From positions 1,354 through 65,353 of the forward strand of contig JAUWKS010000003.1 in assembly GCA_030614005.1 (NCBI GenBank): a stretch of 64,000 nucleotides of DNA, given 5' to 3'. Below the pieces are notes generated by a model. That model had not been told where the DNA came from and did not search any database. It saw nothing but the letters and a program-made list of their open reading frames with translations. This stretch comes from Candidatus Heimdallarchaeota archaeon (GTDB lineage: Archaea > Asgardarchaeota > Heimdallarchaeia > JABLTI01). Both the position numbers and the translations under genes were made by a program. Below, piece after piece: positions 17,225-27,704 of this stretch (positions are counted from its first letter, which is position 1; every line of letters starts with the position of its first letter).

Positions 17225-18625
17225 ATGGAGTCTGGTCTTTTCATGAGTAATAAAAATGAAGGATCAGCTAAAGAAATACAAAAACAAATGGAATCATTCC
17301 TTGGCATCAAAGATATTGATGAACTTTACAAGGACATTCCATCTTCAGTTCTTTTAAAACGTCCAATTGAAATAGCTGGACCAATGTCTGAACGTGATTT
17401 ATCTATTTATATTGATAATGTTCTAACGATGAATAAAAAAGTCATTTCTTTTTTGGGTGGAGGAGCACAAAATCACTACATTCCTGCTTTAGTTCAAGAA
17501 GTAATAAGCAAACCAGAGCTTCAAAATGCATACACTCCTTACCAGCCAGAAGTATCACAAGGAATGCTTCAAGGTATTTTTGAATATCAAAGCTTGGTTA
17601 GCGAATTAACAAAACTAAATGTTACTAATGCTTCTATGTACGATTGGGCTACGGCAATAGCAGAAGCATTGCTAATGTCTGTTAGAGTGCTAAAAAAGAG
17701 AAAGAAAGTGCTAATCACTGCAAGTGTTCATCCAGATAGACTATCAGTCATTAAAAATTATCTAGATGGACCAAAAATCACCTATGAATTTGTTCAGATA
17801 AATGAAAAAACTGGTCAAGTAGATTTAGCTGATCTAAAAGAAAAATTAACAGAAGGTGTTGCTGCCTTTTATTTTGAAAATCCAAACTGTTTTGGTATTA
17901 TTGAAAGCAAAGCAGAAGAGATTTGCACCATGGTTCATGTTGTCGGTGCAAAAGCAATTGCTGGAGTAGACCCAATTTCATTGGGTATTTTGAAACCTCC
18001 CGGAGATTATGGTGTTGATATCGCTGTTGGAGAAGGGCAAGGTTTAGGCATTCCTGTAAGCTTTGGTGGCCCTCATTTTGGTTTCTTCTCAATCAATTAT
18101 GATAAGAAGATTATAAGACAATTGCCGGGACGATTAGTCGGAATGACCAAAACCCAAGATGGTACTCAAAGAGCTTTTGTTCTCACGCTTTCAACACGAG
18201 AACAACATATCAGAAGGGAAAAAGCAACAAGTAATATTTGTACAAATCAATCAATTCTAGCTTTTGGTGCAGGAGTGTATCTCTCTCTTCTAGGTCCTGA
18301 AGGGATACGGTGTACAGCTGAATATTGCTTAACGGCAGCAAAATATCTCTCGAGTAAAATAAATGAGCTCAAGAATTTTGAATCGCCTATCTTTACAGGA
18401 TCACATTACAATGAATTCACTGTGAGATTGAAGAAAGGAAAGATGGCAGAAGCACAAAAAATGCTCGTAGACAAGGGTTTTGTTGGAGGATTTTCTTTAG
18501 TTGAATGCCACCCTGAATTTGGAGAGACCGCAACCTATTGTGTAACAGAAATGCACACAATGGATGATATTAACAATCTGCTAACCGCTCTGCAAGAGAT
18601 TGACAAGAAACTTGGAGGAAAATAA
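17225..18625 (+). CDS. gcvPA: Glycine dehydrogenase (decarboxylating) subunit 1
   Basis: PLP-dependent fold, about 466 aa, with YTPYQPEVSQGMLQ and the conserved N-terminal region of P-protein subunit 1; immediately follows gcvH. Confidence 0.85.
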   Translation: MESGLFMSNKNEGSAKEIQKQMESFLGIKDIDELYKDIPSSVLLKRPIEIAGPMSERDLSIYIDNVLTMNKKVISFLGGGAQNHYIPALVQEVISKPELQNAYTPYQPEVSQGMLQGIFEYQSLVSELTKLNVTNASMYDWATAIAEALLMSVRVLKKRKKVLITASVHPDRLSVIKNYLDGPKITYEFVQINEKTGQVDLADLKEKLTEGVAAFYFENPNCFGIIESKAEEICTMVHVVGAKAIAGVDPISLGILKPPGDYGVDIAVGEGQGLGIPVSFGGPHFGFFSINYDKKIIRQLPGRLVGMTKTQDGTQRAFVLTLSTREQHIRREKATSNICTNQSILAFGAGVYLSLLGPEGIRCTAEYCLTAAKYLSSKINELKNFESPIFTGSHYNEFTVRLKKGKMAEAQKMLVDKGFVGGFSLVECHPEFGETATYCVTEMHTMDDINNLLTALQEIDKKLGGK

Positions 18626-18626
18626 A

Positions 18627-20153
18627 ATGGCTAAACAAGCAAAATACGATGAACCTCTTGTCTTTGAAATAGAGACAACGAAATATGCAAAATATCATCC
18701 TCCAAAAATTCCTGCTGAAATAACCAAAACTGTAGGTAAGATTTCGGACTTAATTCCAAAAGAAATGCAAAGAGAAGCTTTACCTGATTTACCACGACTT
18801 TCTGAATTTCAACTCTCGAGACATTATACTCACTTAGCACAAATGACCTTTTCTGTCGATAGTGGGTTTTATCCCTTGGGTAGTTGTACAATGAAATATA
18901 ATCCAAAAATCAATGATGTTATTTCAAGTGATAAACGCATTGCTGATTCGCATCCATATCAACCTGATGAAACAGTCCAAGGAAATATCCGCATTCTCTA
19001 TGAAACTGAAAAGATGCTCTCAGAATTGGCTGGTATGGCTAGAACAACACTCCAACCATCTGCTGGAGCACATGGTGAATTAACAGGAATTCTGATAATC
19101 CGGGCGTATCATAAAGATCAAGGTGAAGGAGAGCAAAGAACAGAAGTAATCGTTCCAGATTCCGCTCATGGTACAAATCCTGCAACAGCAGCAATGGCTG
19201 GGTATCGAACGGTAGTTATTCAATCAAAAGAAAATGGTTTGGTTGATCTTGAAGCATTAAAAAGTGCTGTGAGTGAGAAGACTGCTGCGCTAATGCTTAC
19301 AAATCCAAATACTCTGGGTCTGTTCGAGGAAGAAATCCTTGAAATTGCTAAAGTAGTTCACGATGTCGGTGGATTGGTATATTACGATGGCGCAAATTTC
19401 AATGCAATTATGGGTATTTGTAGACCTGGTGATATGGGTTTTGATGTCATTCATTTCAATGTTCATAAGACATTAGCTACTCCTCATGGTGGAGGCGGAC
19501 CAGGTTCAGGTCCTGTTGGTGTTGTTGAAAAATTAGTTCCTTATTTACCTAAACCATTACCTGAATATGATGCGAATAATAACCGCTATTACCAAAACCA
19601 TAACTTGCCAAAATCTATCGGAAAGATTCGTGGATTCTGGGGTAATTTTAGTGTTCTTGTTAGAGCTTATGTCTACATGCTATCCCTAGGTGGAACTGGA
19701 TTGAAAATTGCTTCACAACAAGCAGTCTTGAATGCAAACTATTTGAAAAAGAAGATATTAGCACTAAAAGGATGGACACTACCATTTTCTATAGACACTC
19801 CAAGAAAACATGAATTTGTTTTAAGTGGAGAAGATTTGCATAAAGAAACTGGTATAAGCACTCTAGATGTTGCCAAAAGATTACTAGATTTAGGCTATCA
19901 CGCTCCAACAATTTATTTCCCATTGATTGTTCATGAAGCCTTGATGATAGAACCAACCGAAACCGAATCTAAAGAAACTCTTGATGAATTCACTGACGCA
20001 ATGAAACAAATTCTTACAGAGGCGCGCGAAAATCCAGAAATAATCAAAAATGCTCCTCAATTAACTCCTATCTCTCGAGTGGATGAAGTATTAGCTGCAA
20101 AAGAACCAATTCTAACTTGGCAAATGTTCAGAGAAAAACAAGTAGAGAAGTAA
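18627..20153 (+). CDS. gcvPB: Glycine dehydrogenase (decarboxylating) subunit 2
   Basis: ATG at 18627 with GGAGG 8 nt upstream, 1 nt after the gcvPA stop; PLP-lysine region HFNVHKTLATPHGGGGPG typical of P-protein subunit 2. Confidence 0.85.
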   Translation: MAKQAKYDEPLVFEIETTKYAKYHPPKIPAEITKTVGKISDLIPKEMQREALPDLPRLSEFQLSRHYTHLAQMTFSVDSGFYPLGSCTMKYNPKINDVISSDKRIADSHPYQPDETVQGNIRILYETEKMLSELAGMARTTLQPSAGAHGELTGILIIRAYHKDQGEGEQRTEVIVPDSAHGTNPATAAMAGYRTVVIQSKENGLVDLEALKSAVSEKTAALMLTNPNTLGLFEEEILEIAKVVHDVGGLVYYDGANFNAIMGICRPGDMGFDVIHFNVHKTLATPHGGGGPGSGPVGVVEKLVPYLPKPLPEYDANNNRYYQNHNLPKSIGKIRGFWGNFSVLVRAYVYMLSLGGTGLKIASQQAVLNANYLKKKILALKGWTLPFSIDTPRKHEFVLSGEDLHKETGISTLDVAKRLLDLGYHAPTIYFPLIVHEALMIEPTETESKETLDEFTDAMKQILTEARENPEIIKNAPQLTPISRVDEVLAAKEPILTWQMFREKQVEK

Positions 20154-20178
20154 ATAACTTCTCACACATTTTCTTTTT

Positions 20179-21342
20179 TTAATCTTCAATTCTCATTAAG
20201 AGATCTTCATGATAGCTCGTAACCACTCTTATAAATCCATGAAGCTCTTTATCTAATTCAATATCTCCTGTATCTACTCGAAGGCGTTCTGTCTTCTCAA
20301 GTTTAGAAACTGTTGCAATTAGAATGATATTTTTTTTCCCAACTTTTCTGATGACTGCAGGAGATAATTGTTGATTACCACGACCAAAAATAAAACCTTG
20401 ATTCCCAATAACAGTAACAATAATTTTCGATTTGGAGTATTGTTCCAGTAATTCCAATAATTGTTTTTCATTTAGATCCTTTGCAATCAGTTTTCTATTA
20501 TAGAGTGCATCAATCCCTAGAAGCGTTTTTTCTAATTTAAGATAGTCTGCTACAGCTTTGCAAGTTGTTCCCGAACCTAAAATATAGAAAGTATCTCTAT
20601 CCATATCATCTGATATTCTTTCAGCAATAACCCTTTGGTCATGCTTTTCATCAAAGGTGGATGCTGAAGCCATTTTTCCTCCTTGAAAAGATGCTGTAAG
20701 ATAAGGTATCTTTACCATTCCTCTCAACTCTGCACTTACTCTACCAGCTCGAAATGCCTCTTCATCGATATCCATAACCTCTCTCTCAATTATATTGAGT
20801 TGCCCATTGTGGAATTGTTTGAAAATTTCACCTGCAATTTCAGGACTTAAAGCGAAGCAAGCACTGTGCATTTTAACTCCACTTGGCACTGCTAGTACAG
20901 GAATTTTATCCTTAATTGCTTCAAAAACATCGCATGCAGTTCCATCTCCACCAATGAAAATCAATAGATCAGCGTCTTTTTCAAGAATAAGTTTGGCTGC
21001 TTTTTTAGTATCTTCTCGAGATGGTTTTGTATCTTTAATTTTCCCAATAACTGAATGATTGAATCCCATTTCTGCTAAAACAGCTTCGCCCATCTCATCA
21101 TTAAAGCATAGAAAGGATGTGGCGTTTTTCAAATTTTCAATTGATTTAAGAAATCGTTTTGCGCGTTCATTTGAAACTTTCTTACCTTCACCATCTTCTA
21201 TTTTAGACCAAATAGCATCTGCATCATCGCTACCTTTGAAACCTATTCGACCACCAACTCCTGCAATTGGATTGATAATTAATCCAACTACTAGATTGCC
21301 TATCGCAGAAGATGCTGCTGCACTAATTTTTGTTGTATTCAT
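20179..21342 (-). CDS. ATP-NAD kinase / DAGK-catalytic-like family protein
   Basis: GGDGT motif (LLIFIGGDGTACDVFEAI) characteristic of the NAD-kinase/diacylglycerol-kinase catalytic fold, with a C-terminal extension; exact substrate unknown. Confidence 0.5.
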   Translation of the reverse strand: MNTTKISAAASSAIGNLVVGLIINPIAGVGGRIGFKGSDDADAIWSKIEDGEGKKVSNERAKRFLKSIENLKNATSFLCFNDEMGEAVLAEMGFNHSVIGKIKDTKPSREDTKKAAKLILEKDADLLIFIGGDGTACDVFEAIKDKIPVLAVPSGVKMHSACFALSPEIAGEIFKQFHNGQLNIIEREVMDIDEEAFRAGRVSAELRGMVKIPYLTASFQGGKMASASTFDEKHDQRVIAERISDDMDRDTFYILGSGTTCKAVADYLKLEKTLLGIDALYNRKLIAKDLNEKQLLELLEQYSKSKIIVTVIGNQGFIFGRGNQQLSPAVIRKVGKKNIILIATVSKLEKTERLRVDTGDIELDKELHGFIRVVTSYHEDLLMRIED

Positions 21343-21580
21343 TGATTTCTCACTTTCTCTATAATATGTTTCTCCATTAATTGTTTAGGATAAAAAATAT
21401 TCTATCAATTATATTTGATTTCTACCTTTTCTATAAGAACAATTAATATTTTTTGAATATTAAATAATTATGTTAATTCAAAGACGATTATGTTGCTTTT
21501 AAAAACGTCATATGCAAAATGTGCAAGTGATAAACAAAAAAGTAATAATACTCTAAAGTAATCTCTTATTTATAATAAAG

Positions 21581-23629
21581 GTGAGTATTGTGGAGTATCC
21601 TAAAACAAAACGCGAAGATATTATTGATACGATTCATGGGGAAAAAGTTCATGACCCATATCGCTGGCTTGAAGATTTTGACAACAATGATGTGCAAAAG
21701 TGGTTGGATGAACAACATAATTTAACTAAGAAAGTGTTGCAAGCAATTCCTAATAGAGATATAGCTTTGAAACGAATGACAGAACTATTTTCTTTGGGTT
21801 CAATTTCTGTTCCAATAAAACATAAAGACAGTACCTTTTTCTTTAGAAGAGAAACAGAGAAGCAAGCCATTTTATATTATCAGGATAAAGAAAAAAAACC
21901 TAGAGTTTTAATCAACCCAAATGAGCTTAGCGAAAAAAATCCTGTTGCATTAGATTGGTATTATGTTTCGCCTGAAACAAAATATCTTGTGTATGGTCTA
22001 TCAGAAAATGGTGACGAATGGAGTTTATTACAAATAAAAAATATTGAGACAGGTGAAATTTTAGCAGATAAAATACCAAGAACGCGCCACAGTAGTTTGG
22101 CTTGGTTGCCTGATGAATCTGGTTTTTATTATACAAGATTCCCTCAAATAGGATTTGTACCAGAAGGCCAAGAACATTATAATTGCCGAATCTATTATCA
22201 CAAAATAGGCACGGATTGGAAAGATGATCCAGTAATATTTGGTGAGGGACGAGCAGCAACAAATCATTATAGTATCCAAATATCAAAGGATGCCAAGTAT
22301 CTAATAATTACGGTCCAAAAATATACTAAAAACGATTTGTATCTTTTAAATCTAGAAACAATGGAACTTGAAGAAATAATTGCGAAGCAAGACTGTCTAT
22401 CAATGACCAAAGTGATTGATGATGAACTTTGGATTTTGACAAACAGAAACGCTCCGAGAAAGACATTATATAAAACAACTTTTGATAAACCTTCATTTGA
22501 GGATTGGGAGCTGGTCATTCCGGAAAGTGGCAATGTTATCTCTCAATTTCTCGTATCTAAAGAAAAAATATTCCTTTTGTCTATGAAAAATGCCTATGAT
22601 CACATAGTGCTCTATAATCATCAAGGACAATATTTGAAAGAACTAGAGATGCCAAAATATGTATCTATTGATGGCTTGGCTAAAAATCAAGAGAAGACAA
22701 AGAATGTTTCTGAATTTTTTGTTAAGGTTACTTCGTTCTTGCAACCAGGTTCAATTTATTCTTATAATATATTGCAAGATGAAATAACTCTCTATAACGA
22801 AATAAAACCACCCGTTGATCCTGAAGAATATACTGTCAAGCAGGTTTGGTATAAATCGAAAGATGATACAAAAGTTTCCATGTTTATTGTCCATAAGAAA
22901 AGTTTGAAACTTAATAGCAAGAATCCAACGCTACTGTGCGGTTACGGTGGTTTTAATATTGCTTTGAAACCTCCATATGTAAGAGAATCAAGATTCTATT
23001 GGATGGAACGAGGCGGGGTAATTGCCATAGCAAATCTTCGAGGTGGTTCTGAATATGGGGAAGAATGGCACAAAGGTGGAATGCTGAAGAATAAGCAAAA
23101 CGTATTCGATGATTTCATTTATGCTGGTCAATGGTTAATTGAAAACAAATATGCCTCCAATAAAACACTAGCTATTTTTGGAAGAAGCAATGGTGGTTTA
23201 CTAACTGGTGCTGCAGTAACTCAAAGGCCAGACTTGTTTAGTGCAGTGTATATCGGAGTGCCATTACTCGATATGATTAGATATCAACTTTTCAGCATAG
23301 CAAGATACTGGATTCCTGAATATGGTTCTTCGGAAGATCCAAAACAATTTGAATTCATTTACAAATATTCTCCCTATCATAACGTCAAAAAAGGAACAGA
23401 ATATCCTGCAACATATCTGGTTGCTGCAGCATCAGATAGTAGAGTTGATGTTAATCATGCAATGAAAATGACTGGTTATATGCAGTGGGCAAGCGCATCA
23501 AAAGAACCTATTCTATTATTTGTTGAAAGACAAGCTGGACATGGAATTGGGAAACCAATTGACAAAGTAGCCGAAGCAGAAGCAAATAAATTTACTTTTC
23601 TTGGATGGAAAACGGGGATGAAATTATAA
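21581..23629 (+). CDS. Prolyl oligopeptidase (S9A serine peptidase)
   Basis: N-terminal YPKTKRED...HGEKVHDPYRWLED matches the POP N-terminus; beta-propeller middle; catalytic GRSNGGLL (GxSxGG) and C-terminal Asp/His. The start could be GTG at 21581 or 21590. Confidence 0.8.
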   Translation: MSIVEYPKTKREDIIDTIHGEKVHDPYRWLEDFDNNDVQKWLDEQHNLTKKVLQAIPNRDIALKRMTELFSLGSISVPIKHKDSTFFFRRETEKQAILYYQDKEKKPRVLINPNELSEKNPVALDWYYVSPETKYLVYGLSENGDEWSLLQIKNIETGEILADKIPRTRHSSLAWLPDESGFYYTRFPQIGFVPEGQEHYNCRIYYHKIGTDWKDDPVIFGEGRAATNHYSIQISKDAKYLIITVQKYTKNDLYLLNLETMELEEIIAKQDCLSMTKVIDDELWILTNRNAPRKTLYKTTFDKPSFEDWELVIPESGNVISQFLVSKEKIFLLSMKNAYDHIVLYNHQGQYLKELEMPKYVSIDGLAKNQEKTKNVSEFFVKVTSFLQPGSIYSYNILQDEITLYNEIKPPVDPEEYTVKQVWYKSKDDTKVSMFIVHKKSLKLNSKNPTLLCGYGGFNIALKPPYVRESRFYWMERGGVIAIANLRGGSEYGEEWHKGGMLKNKQNVFDDFIYAGQWLIENKYASNKTLAIFGRSNGGLLTGAAVTQRPDLFSAVYIGVPLLDMIRYQLFSIARYWIPEYGSSEDPKQFEFIYKYSPYHNVKKGTEYPATYLVAAASDSRVDVNHAMKMTGYMQWASASKEPILLFVERQAGHGIGKPIDKVAEAEANKFTFLGWKTGMKL

Positions 23630-23652
23630 TTCAAGGATTGCTCTAAAATAAG

Positions 23653-24168
23653 GTGACTTTTTTGAGGATACATCTAGAACAAGGAGATATCACAAATATT
23701 CAAGCTGATGCCATTGTTAATGCAGCGAACAACGAACTTTGGATGGGTGCTGGTGTTGCAGGAGCCATTAAAAGAAAAGGTGGTACAGAAATAGAAAAAG
23801 ACGCAATGAGTAAAGGACCTATTGAACATGGTGGAGCTGTAGAATCAATTGCTGGTAAATTGAATGCTAAATATGTTATACACGCAGCTGGAATGAGAAG
23901 CGATGGTTACATCACCAAAGAAAGCTTGTCTAAATCAGTTGAAAACAGCTTATTTGTGGCAGAAAAATTAGCTCTACGTTCGATTGCTTTTCCCGCTATA
24001 GGTACGGGTGTTGCCGGATTTCCGGCAGAAGAGTGTGCAAAAATAATGCTAGATGTACTAACAAATTTCAAATATACAATTCTGGAAAAAGTTATTCTTG
24101 TTCTGTATAGTGATGAGATGTATTCACTCTTTCTAAAAGTTGCGGGAAACAAAGAAATTGAATTGTAA
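23653..24168 (+). CDS. Macro domain protein (ADP-ribose binding / O-acetyl-ADP-ribose deacetylase-like)
   Basis: QGDITNIQADAIVNAANNEL...GAGVAGAI and GTGVAGFP motifs; about 170 aa; start is GTG at 23653 or TTG at 23662. Confidence 0.7.
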   Translation: MTFLRIHLEQGDITNIQADAIVNAANNELWMGAGVAGAIKRKGGTEIEKDAMSKGPIEHGGAVESIAGKLNAKYVIHAAGMRSDGYITKESLSKSVENSLFVAEKLALRSIAFPAIGTGVAGFPAEECAKIMLDVLTNFKYTILEKVILVLYSDEMYSLFLKVAGNKEIEL

Positions 24169-24205
24169 CATAGGGTTACAATTCCTAATTCTCTTCTGAA
24201 GAATC

Positions 24206-26887
24206 TTAATCTTCAGGGGGTATTGAATCCTCTTCAGCTTGCGAAGTTTCTTCTAAAGCTTTTTGTGCTTTAGCTATATTATCTTCTTTATTATCTTCTT
24301 CCTTAGAAAATTCCATTTCACGTTCAACTAAAACATCTAGAATTTTAAGTGAAAGCGTTTGGCAATGATCAATAATTCGTTCTGCTTCTAAAGTATCAAC
24401 ATAGAGTTGTTCCTCAGAGCCTTTGATTAATGGAAGAATAATTGAATTCCAAATCCCTTTGGCTTCTGTGAAGAGTATTTGCGCATCAGTAGCAAATTCA
24501 GTTAATCCTTCTCGAGATGCTGTATCTAAGGTATGAGGAGTCATTTTTTTGTTTAATAAATCCTCTAATTCTTTTTCATACCCTAATAAAATAGTGATAG
24601 TCTTTTTCATTTCTTCTTTCTTTTGATCAATGACTGAAGGAGCTACTTCTTCTCTCTTCTTTGGAAGGTCAATTGTTAGCTCTTGAACTGGTTCCTCTGG
24701 TACCTCCGTTGGAATATCTGCTGCAAGCTCTGTTTCAGAAATAACCAATGTATCAGCATCCTCTTGACTTGATCTCATTGTCTCGTCAAATCGTTTCTTT
24801 GCTGCTACTTCGATATTATCTCGTTCAGTTTTCTCCCAGGACATTTTGCGACCTTTAGCCTCTTCACCAGCAAACAATTCTGATTCTTGTCGTTCTAATT
24901 CTTTTTTATGTGAAGACTTCTTAGGTCTGAACTGTCTAGCAACTAGAAATGAGAACGTTAAGAATAATGCAATTGTTGCTACGCAGATTATTACTATGAA
25001 CATAATTTGAGCGTAATCAATGGGTTCAGCGACGCTTGGGGGGAAAGACTCTGGATCTAAAGGATCAGTACCATAATTTACTTCAATACCATCATTAAAA
25101 CCATCCCCGTCGGTATCTGGATTTGTAGGGTCGGTCCAAATACGTGATTCAAAATCAGTTGTGAGACCATCCCCGTCTAGATCTAAATCAACGTTATCAG
25201 CAACAAGTGGATTTAACCCAAACTTAACTTCATACCCATCAGAGAGAGTGTCTCCATCCGAATCAAAATTAAGTGGATCAGTTTGATAATCATTAACTTC
25301 TTCTCCATCTAATAGAAAGTCACCATCTGTATCTGCTAGATGAGGATCCGTTCCTTCTTGATATTCTTCAAGATTTGTTAACCCATCTTCATCAGCATCA
25401 ACAGAAGCATCTGTGCTATTTGTTGGATTAAGATTTTCTAAGATTTCATAATCATCAGGCATACCATCGGAGTCTGTATCACTTAGCAGTGGATTTGTTC
25501 CGTAGATTAAAATTTCATTTCCATCTGAGATGGTATCTCCGTCTGTATCACTTAGTAGTGGATTAGTTCCATAAATTGCTTCATCTAAATCAGAAAGTCC
25601 GTCTCCGTCCGTATCGATGGAACCATAGACAATATATGCTTCTGTTGTAAGTTGGTATCGTTCTACATAGGCAATGTAATAACTACCAAACTTATCAATT
25701 GTGATTGATGGATCATGAGCGATACTAGAGGATGAGCTTATTCTTTTTTCTAAACCCCAATTATTAGCAGCATTTTTCTGTTTAAGATAGACTAGTGAAT
25801 CTCCGGAAATATCTGATTCAAATACAACAATACTATTACCTTTTTGATCTACAGCAATTCCGAAATCACTATCATCAACTGCATAGGAATGAATGGATGT
25901 TGGTGAAGACCAAGCACCTGCTGCAGCTTTTGCTTGAGCAGTAATGTAATAGATATTGTTGGTTGTTCCATTATCTCTGAAAATAACTTCGATATTTTTA
26001 CTATAATTGTTAAAGGCAATTACGGGGTCAATAGGCGAGTAAGCGACATTAGTGATTTTCTCTTCAGACGTCCAAACTGATCCGTTCTCTGAGTAGCAAT
26101 AATATAATTCTTGCTCACTTGCTCTGCTATCTGACCAGATTAAATGAAGCGTATCGTTGTTATCAACCGTTAAACCGAGCTGTGTTCCAGCAGCAATTTC
26201 TGCTCCGTTAGTAATTCGGATAATTGGTGTATCCCAAAGACCTGTTGTAGCATTATATTTTGTATAATAAAGATCTCCTAGAGCATTATCAGTTGTGTCT
26301 CTCCATACTAAATGTACCAAACCAACACTATCAGTTATTGTCATTGGATTTTCAGCATCACCACTGTTTGCTGTTAGACTAGTTTTTGCTCCAATAGTAA
26401 AATCATCTTCAACAATTCTTTCTTGCAACTCAAAATCATCCAGAGGAGCTTCATCCTCCTCAAACACAAAATGAATGGATCCGTTAAAATCTGGAGTAGG
26501 ATTGTAGCCACTTGGTAGTGCAGCTAACACAGTATCAATTACTAATGGATCTGACCAAGAACTGCTACTATTACCAATAGAGAAATAGATAGTACTTACT
26601 GGGCTTGTATCTGGATTGATAATATCGATCCATGAAACTCCTACCATTCCTGTTAAAGGACTATAGCTTACTCGAGAATGAGATGAATTTGTTCCTGTAT
26701 TAGAAATTCTTTCACCATCAGTAACAATGACTGCATTTGGATTGTATGTGACTGCTAATGGTTCTTCAAAATCTAAAGGACTAACTCCAATAGTATTTGG
26801 TGATTCATCAAACCCCTGAATAGCAATTGGTAGTACTAAACAAATAAACAAAACAAAAATAAAGGTAAGATAAGTTAACCTTTTCAT
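24206..26887 (-). CDS. Type-I membrane surface protein with an Asp-box-like beta-propeller, TSP3 calcium-binding repeats, one TM helix and a cytoplasmic helical tail of about 270 aa
   Basis: ATG at 26887 gives the signal peptide MKRLTYLTFIFVLFICLVLPIAIQG. Repeated ...LHLIW.D / ...W[ST]... blades, e.g. YYCYSENGSVWTSEE. Many DTDGDGLSD / DSDGDTLSDGYE (DxDxDGxxDxxE) repeats. TM IMFIVIICVATIALFLTFSFLV followed by RQFRPKK and a long charged tail. Confidence 0.6.
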   Translation of the reverse strand: MKRLTYLTFIFVLFICLVLPIAIQGFDESPNTIGVSPLDFEEPLAVTYNPNAVIVTDGERISNTGTNSSHSRVSYSPLTGMVGVSWIDIINPDTSPVSTIYFSIGNSSSSWSDPLVIDTVLAALPSGYNPTPDFNGSIHFVFEEDEAPLDDFELQERIVEDDFTIGAKTSLTANSGDAENPMTITDSVGLVHLVWRDTTDNALGDLYYTKYNATTGLWDTPIIRITNGAEIAAGTQLGLTVDNNDTLHLIWSDSRASEQELYYCYSENGSVWTSEEKITNVAYSPIDPVIAFNNYSKNIEVIFRDNGTTNNIYYITAQAKAAAGAWSSPTSIHSYAVDDSDFGIAVDQKGNSIVVFESDISGDSLVYLKQKNAANNWGLEKRISSSSSIAHDPSITIDKFGSYYIAYVERYQLTTEAYIVYGSIDTDGDGLSDLDEAIYGTNPLLSDTDGDTISDGNEILIYGTNPLLSDTDSDGMPDDYEILENLNPTNSTDASVDADEDGLTNLEEYQEGTDPHLADTDGDFLLDGEEVNDYQTDPLNFDSDGDTLSDGYEVKFGLNPLVADNVDLDLDGDGLTTDFESRIWTDPTNPDTDGDGFNDGIEVNYGTDPLDPESFPPSVAEPIDYAQIMFIVIICVATIALFLTFSFLVARQFRPKKSSHKKELERQESELFAGEEAKGRKMSWEKTERDNIEVAAKKRFDETMRSSQEDADTLVISETELAADIPTEVPEEPVQELTIDLPKKREEVAPSVIDQKKEEMKKTITILLGYEKELEDLLNKKMTPHTLDTASREGLTEFATDAQILFTEAKGIWNSIILPLIKGSEEQLYVDTLEAERIIDHCQTLSLKILDVLVEREMEFSKEEDNKEDNIAKAQKALEETSQAEEDSIPPED

Positions 26888-27153
26888 TCCAGCTAAAGTA
26901 ATTTTTGATGACACTTTTCAGACTTCCTACTCAGTTTAGTATTTAGACTATGGGAAAAAAAAGCTTTTTATAGTGAACATTAGAGGTAAAATGATAAGAT
27001 ATCAGTTTAGTAGCTAATTGATAGTGCAAAGCTATTTTCATTCCTAGTTAATTTAAAGAACGGAGTATAGGAAAACTTCTTAAAACAATTTCAAGGGTTG
27101 GAGAAATAGTTAATAAACACTTTGTTGTGCAAATAGAAAATAAGGTGCAAATA

Positions 27154-27654
27154 ATGGCTAATCAAGAAATTAAAGTACTCGTCGAAGGTGGAAAAGCATC
27201 TCCCGCACCACCATTAGGTCCAGCATTAGGACCAACTGGAGTAAATATCGGTCAAGTAATCAGTCAAATTAATCAACAAACCTCTAATTATAGAGGAATG
27301 AAGGTTCCTGTTACAATCACTATTAAACCAGACAGATCATTTGAGCTTAAAGTAGGTATACCAACAACAAGTGGTTTAGTACTAAAAGAAGCAAAATTAT
27401 CCAAAGGTGGACACGGTTCTACAGAGGAAACTCCAGAAGAACCTTTCATTGGTAACATTACCATGCAGCAAGTATTGAATATTGCTGATGTTAAAAGAGC
27501 AGGAAGTATTGCAACAACAACAAAAACCCTATGCAAAGAAATATTGGGTACTGTTTTAAGTGCAAAAGTTTCATGTGAAGGTAAAGATCCACGTGAAGTT
27601 CAAAAAGACATTGACAAAGGTGTCTATGACAAGCTCTTTGCTGGCAAAGAGTAA
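27154..27654 (+). CDS. rpl11: 50S ribosomal protein L11 (uL11)
   Basis: MANQEIKVLVEGGKASPAPPLGPALGPTGVNIGQV... is the canonical uL11 N-terminus. ATG at 27154 follows AGGTG at 27143-27147 (the ORF-track GTG start at 27127 is unlikely). Confidence 0.85.
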   Translation: MANQEIKVLVEGGKASPAPPLGPALGPTGVNIGQVISQINQQTSNYRGMKVPVTITIKPDRSFELKVGIPTTSGLVLKEAKLSKGGHGSTEETPEEPFIGNITMQQVLNIADVKRAGSIATTTKTLCKEILGTVLSAKVSCEGKDPREVQKDIDKGVYDKLFAGKE

Positions 27655-27704
27655 ATACTGACACCACCCATACTTTTATTTTTCAAAAGCTTTTGATTCT
27701 CTTA

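Noticed and set aside
18600-18626. TTG start of gcvPB at 18600 overlapping the end of gcvPA
   Set aside because: An ATG at 18627 sits 8 nt downstream of a GGAGG motif and 1 nt after the gcvPA stop, which is the far more plausible start.
20795-21364. Two plus-strand ORFs (20795-21058, 21059-21364) antisense to the NAD-kinase-like gene
   Set aside because: They lie inside a gene with a clear GGDGT catalytic motif and are Pro/Ser-rich artefactual frames.
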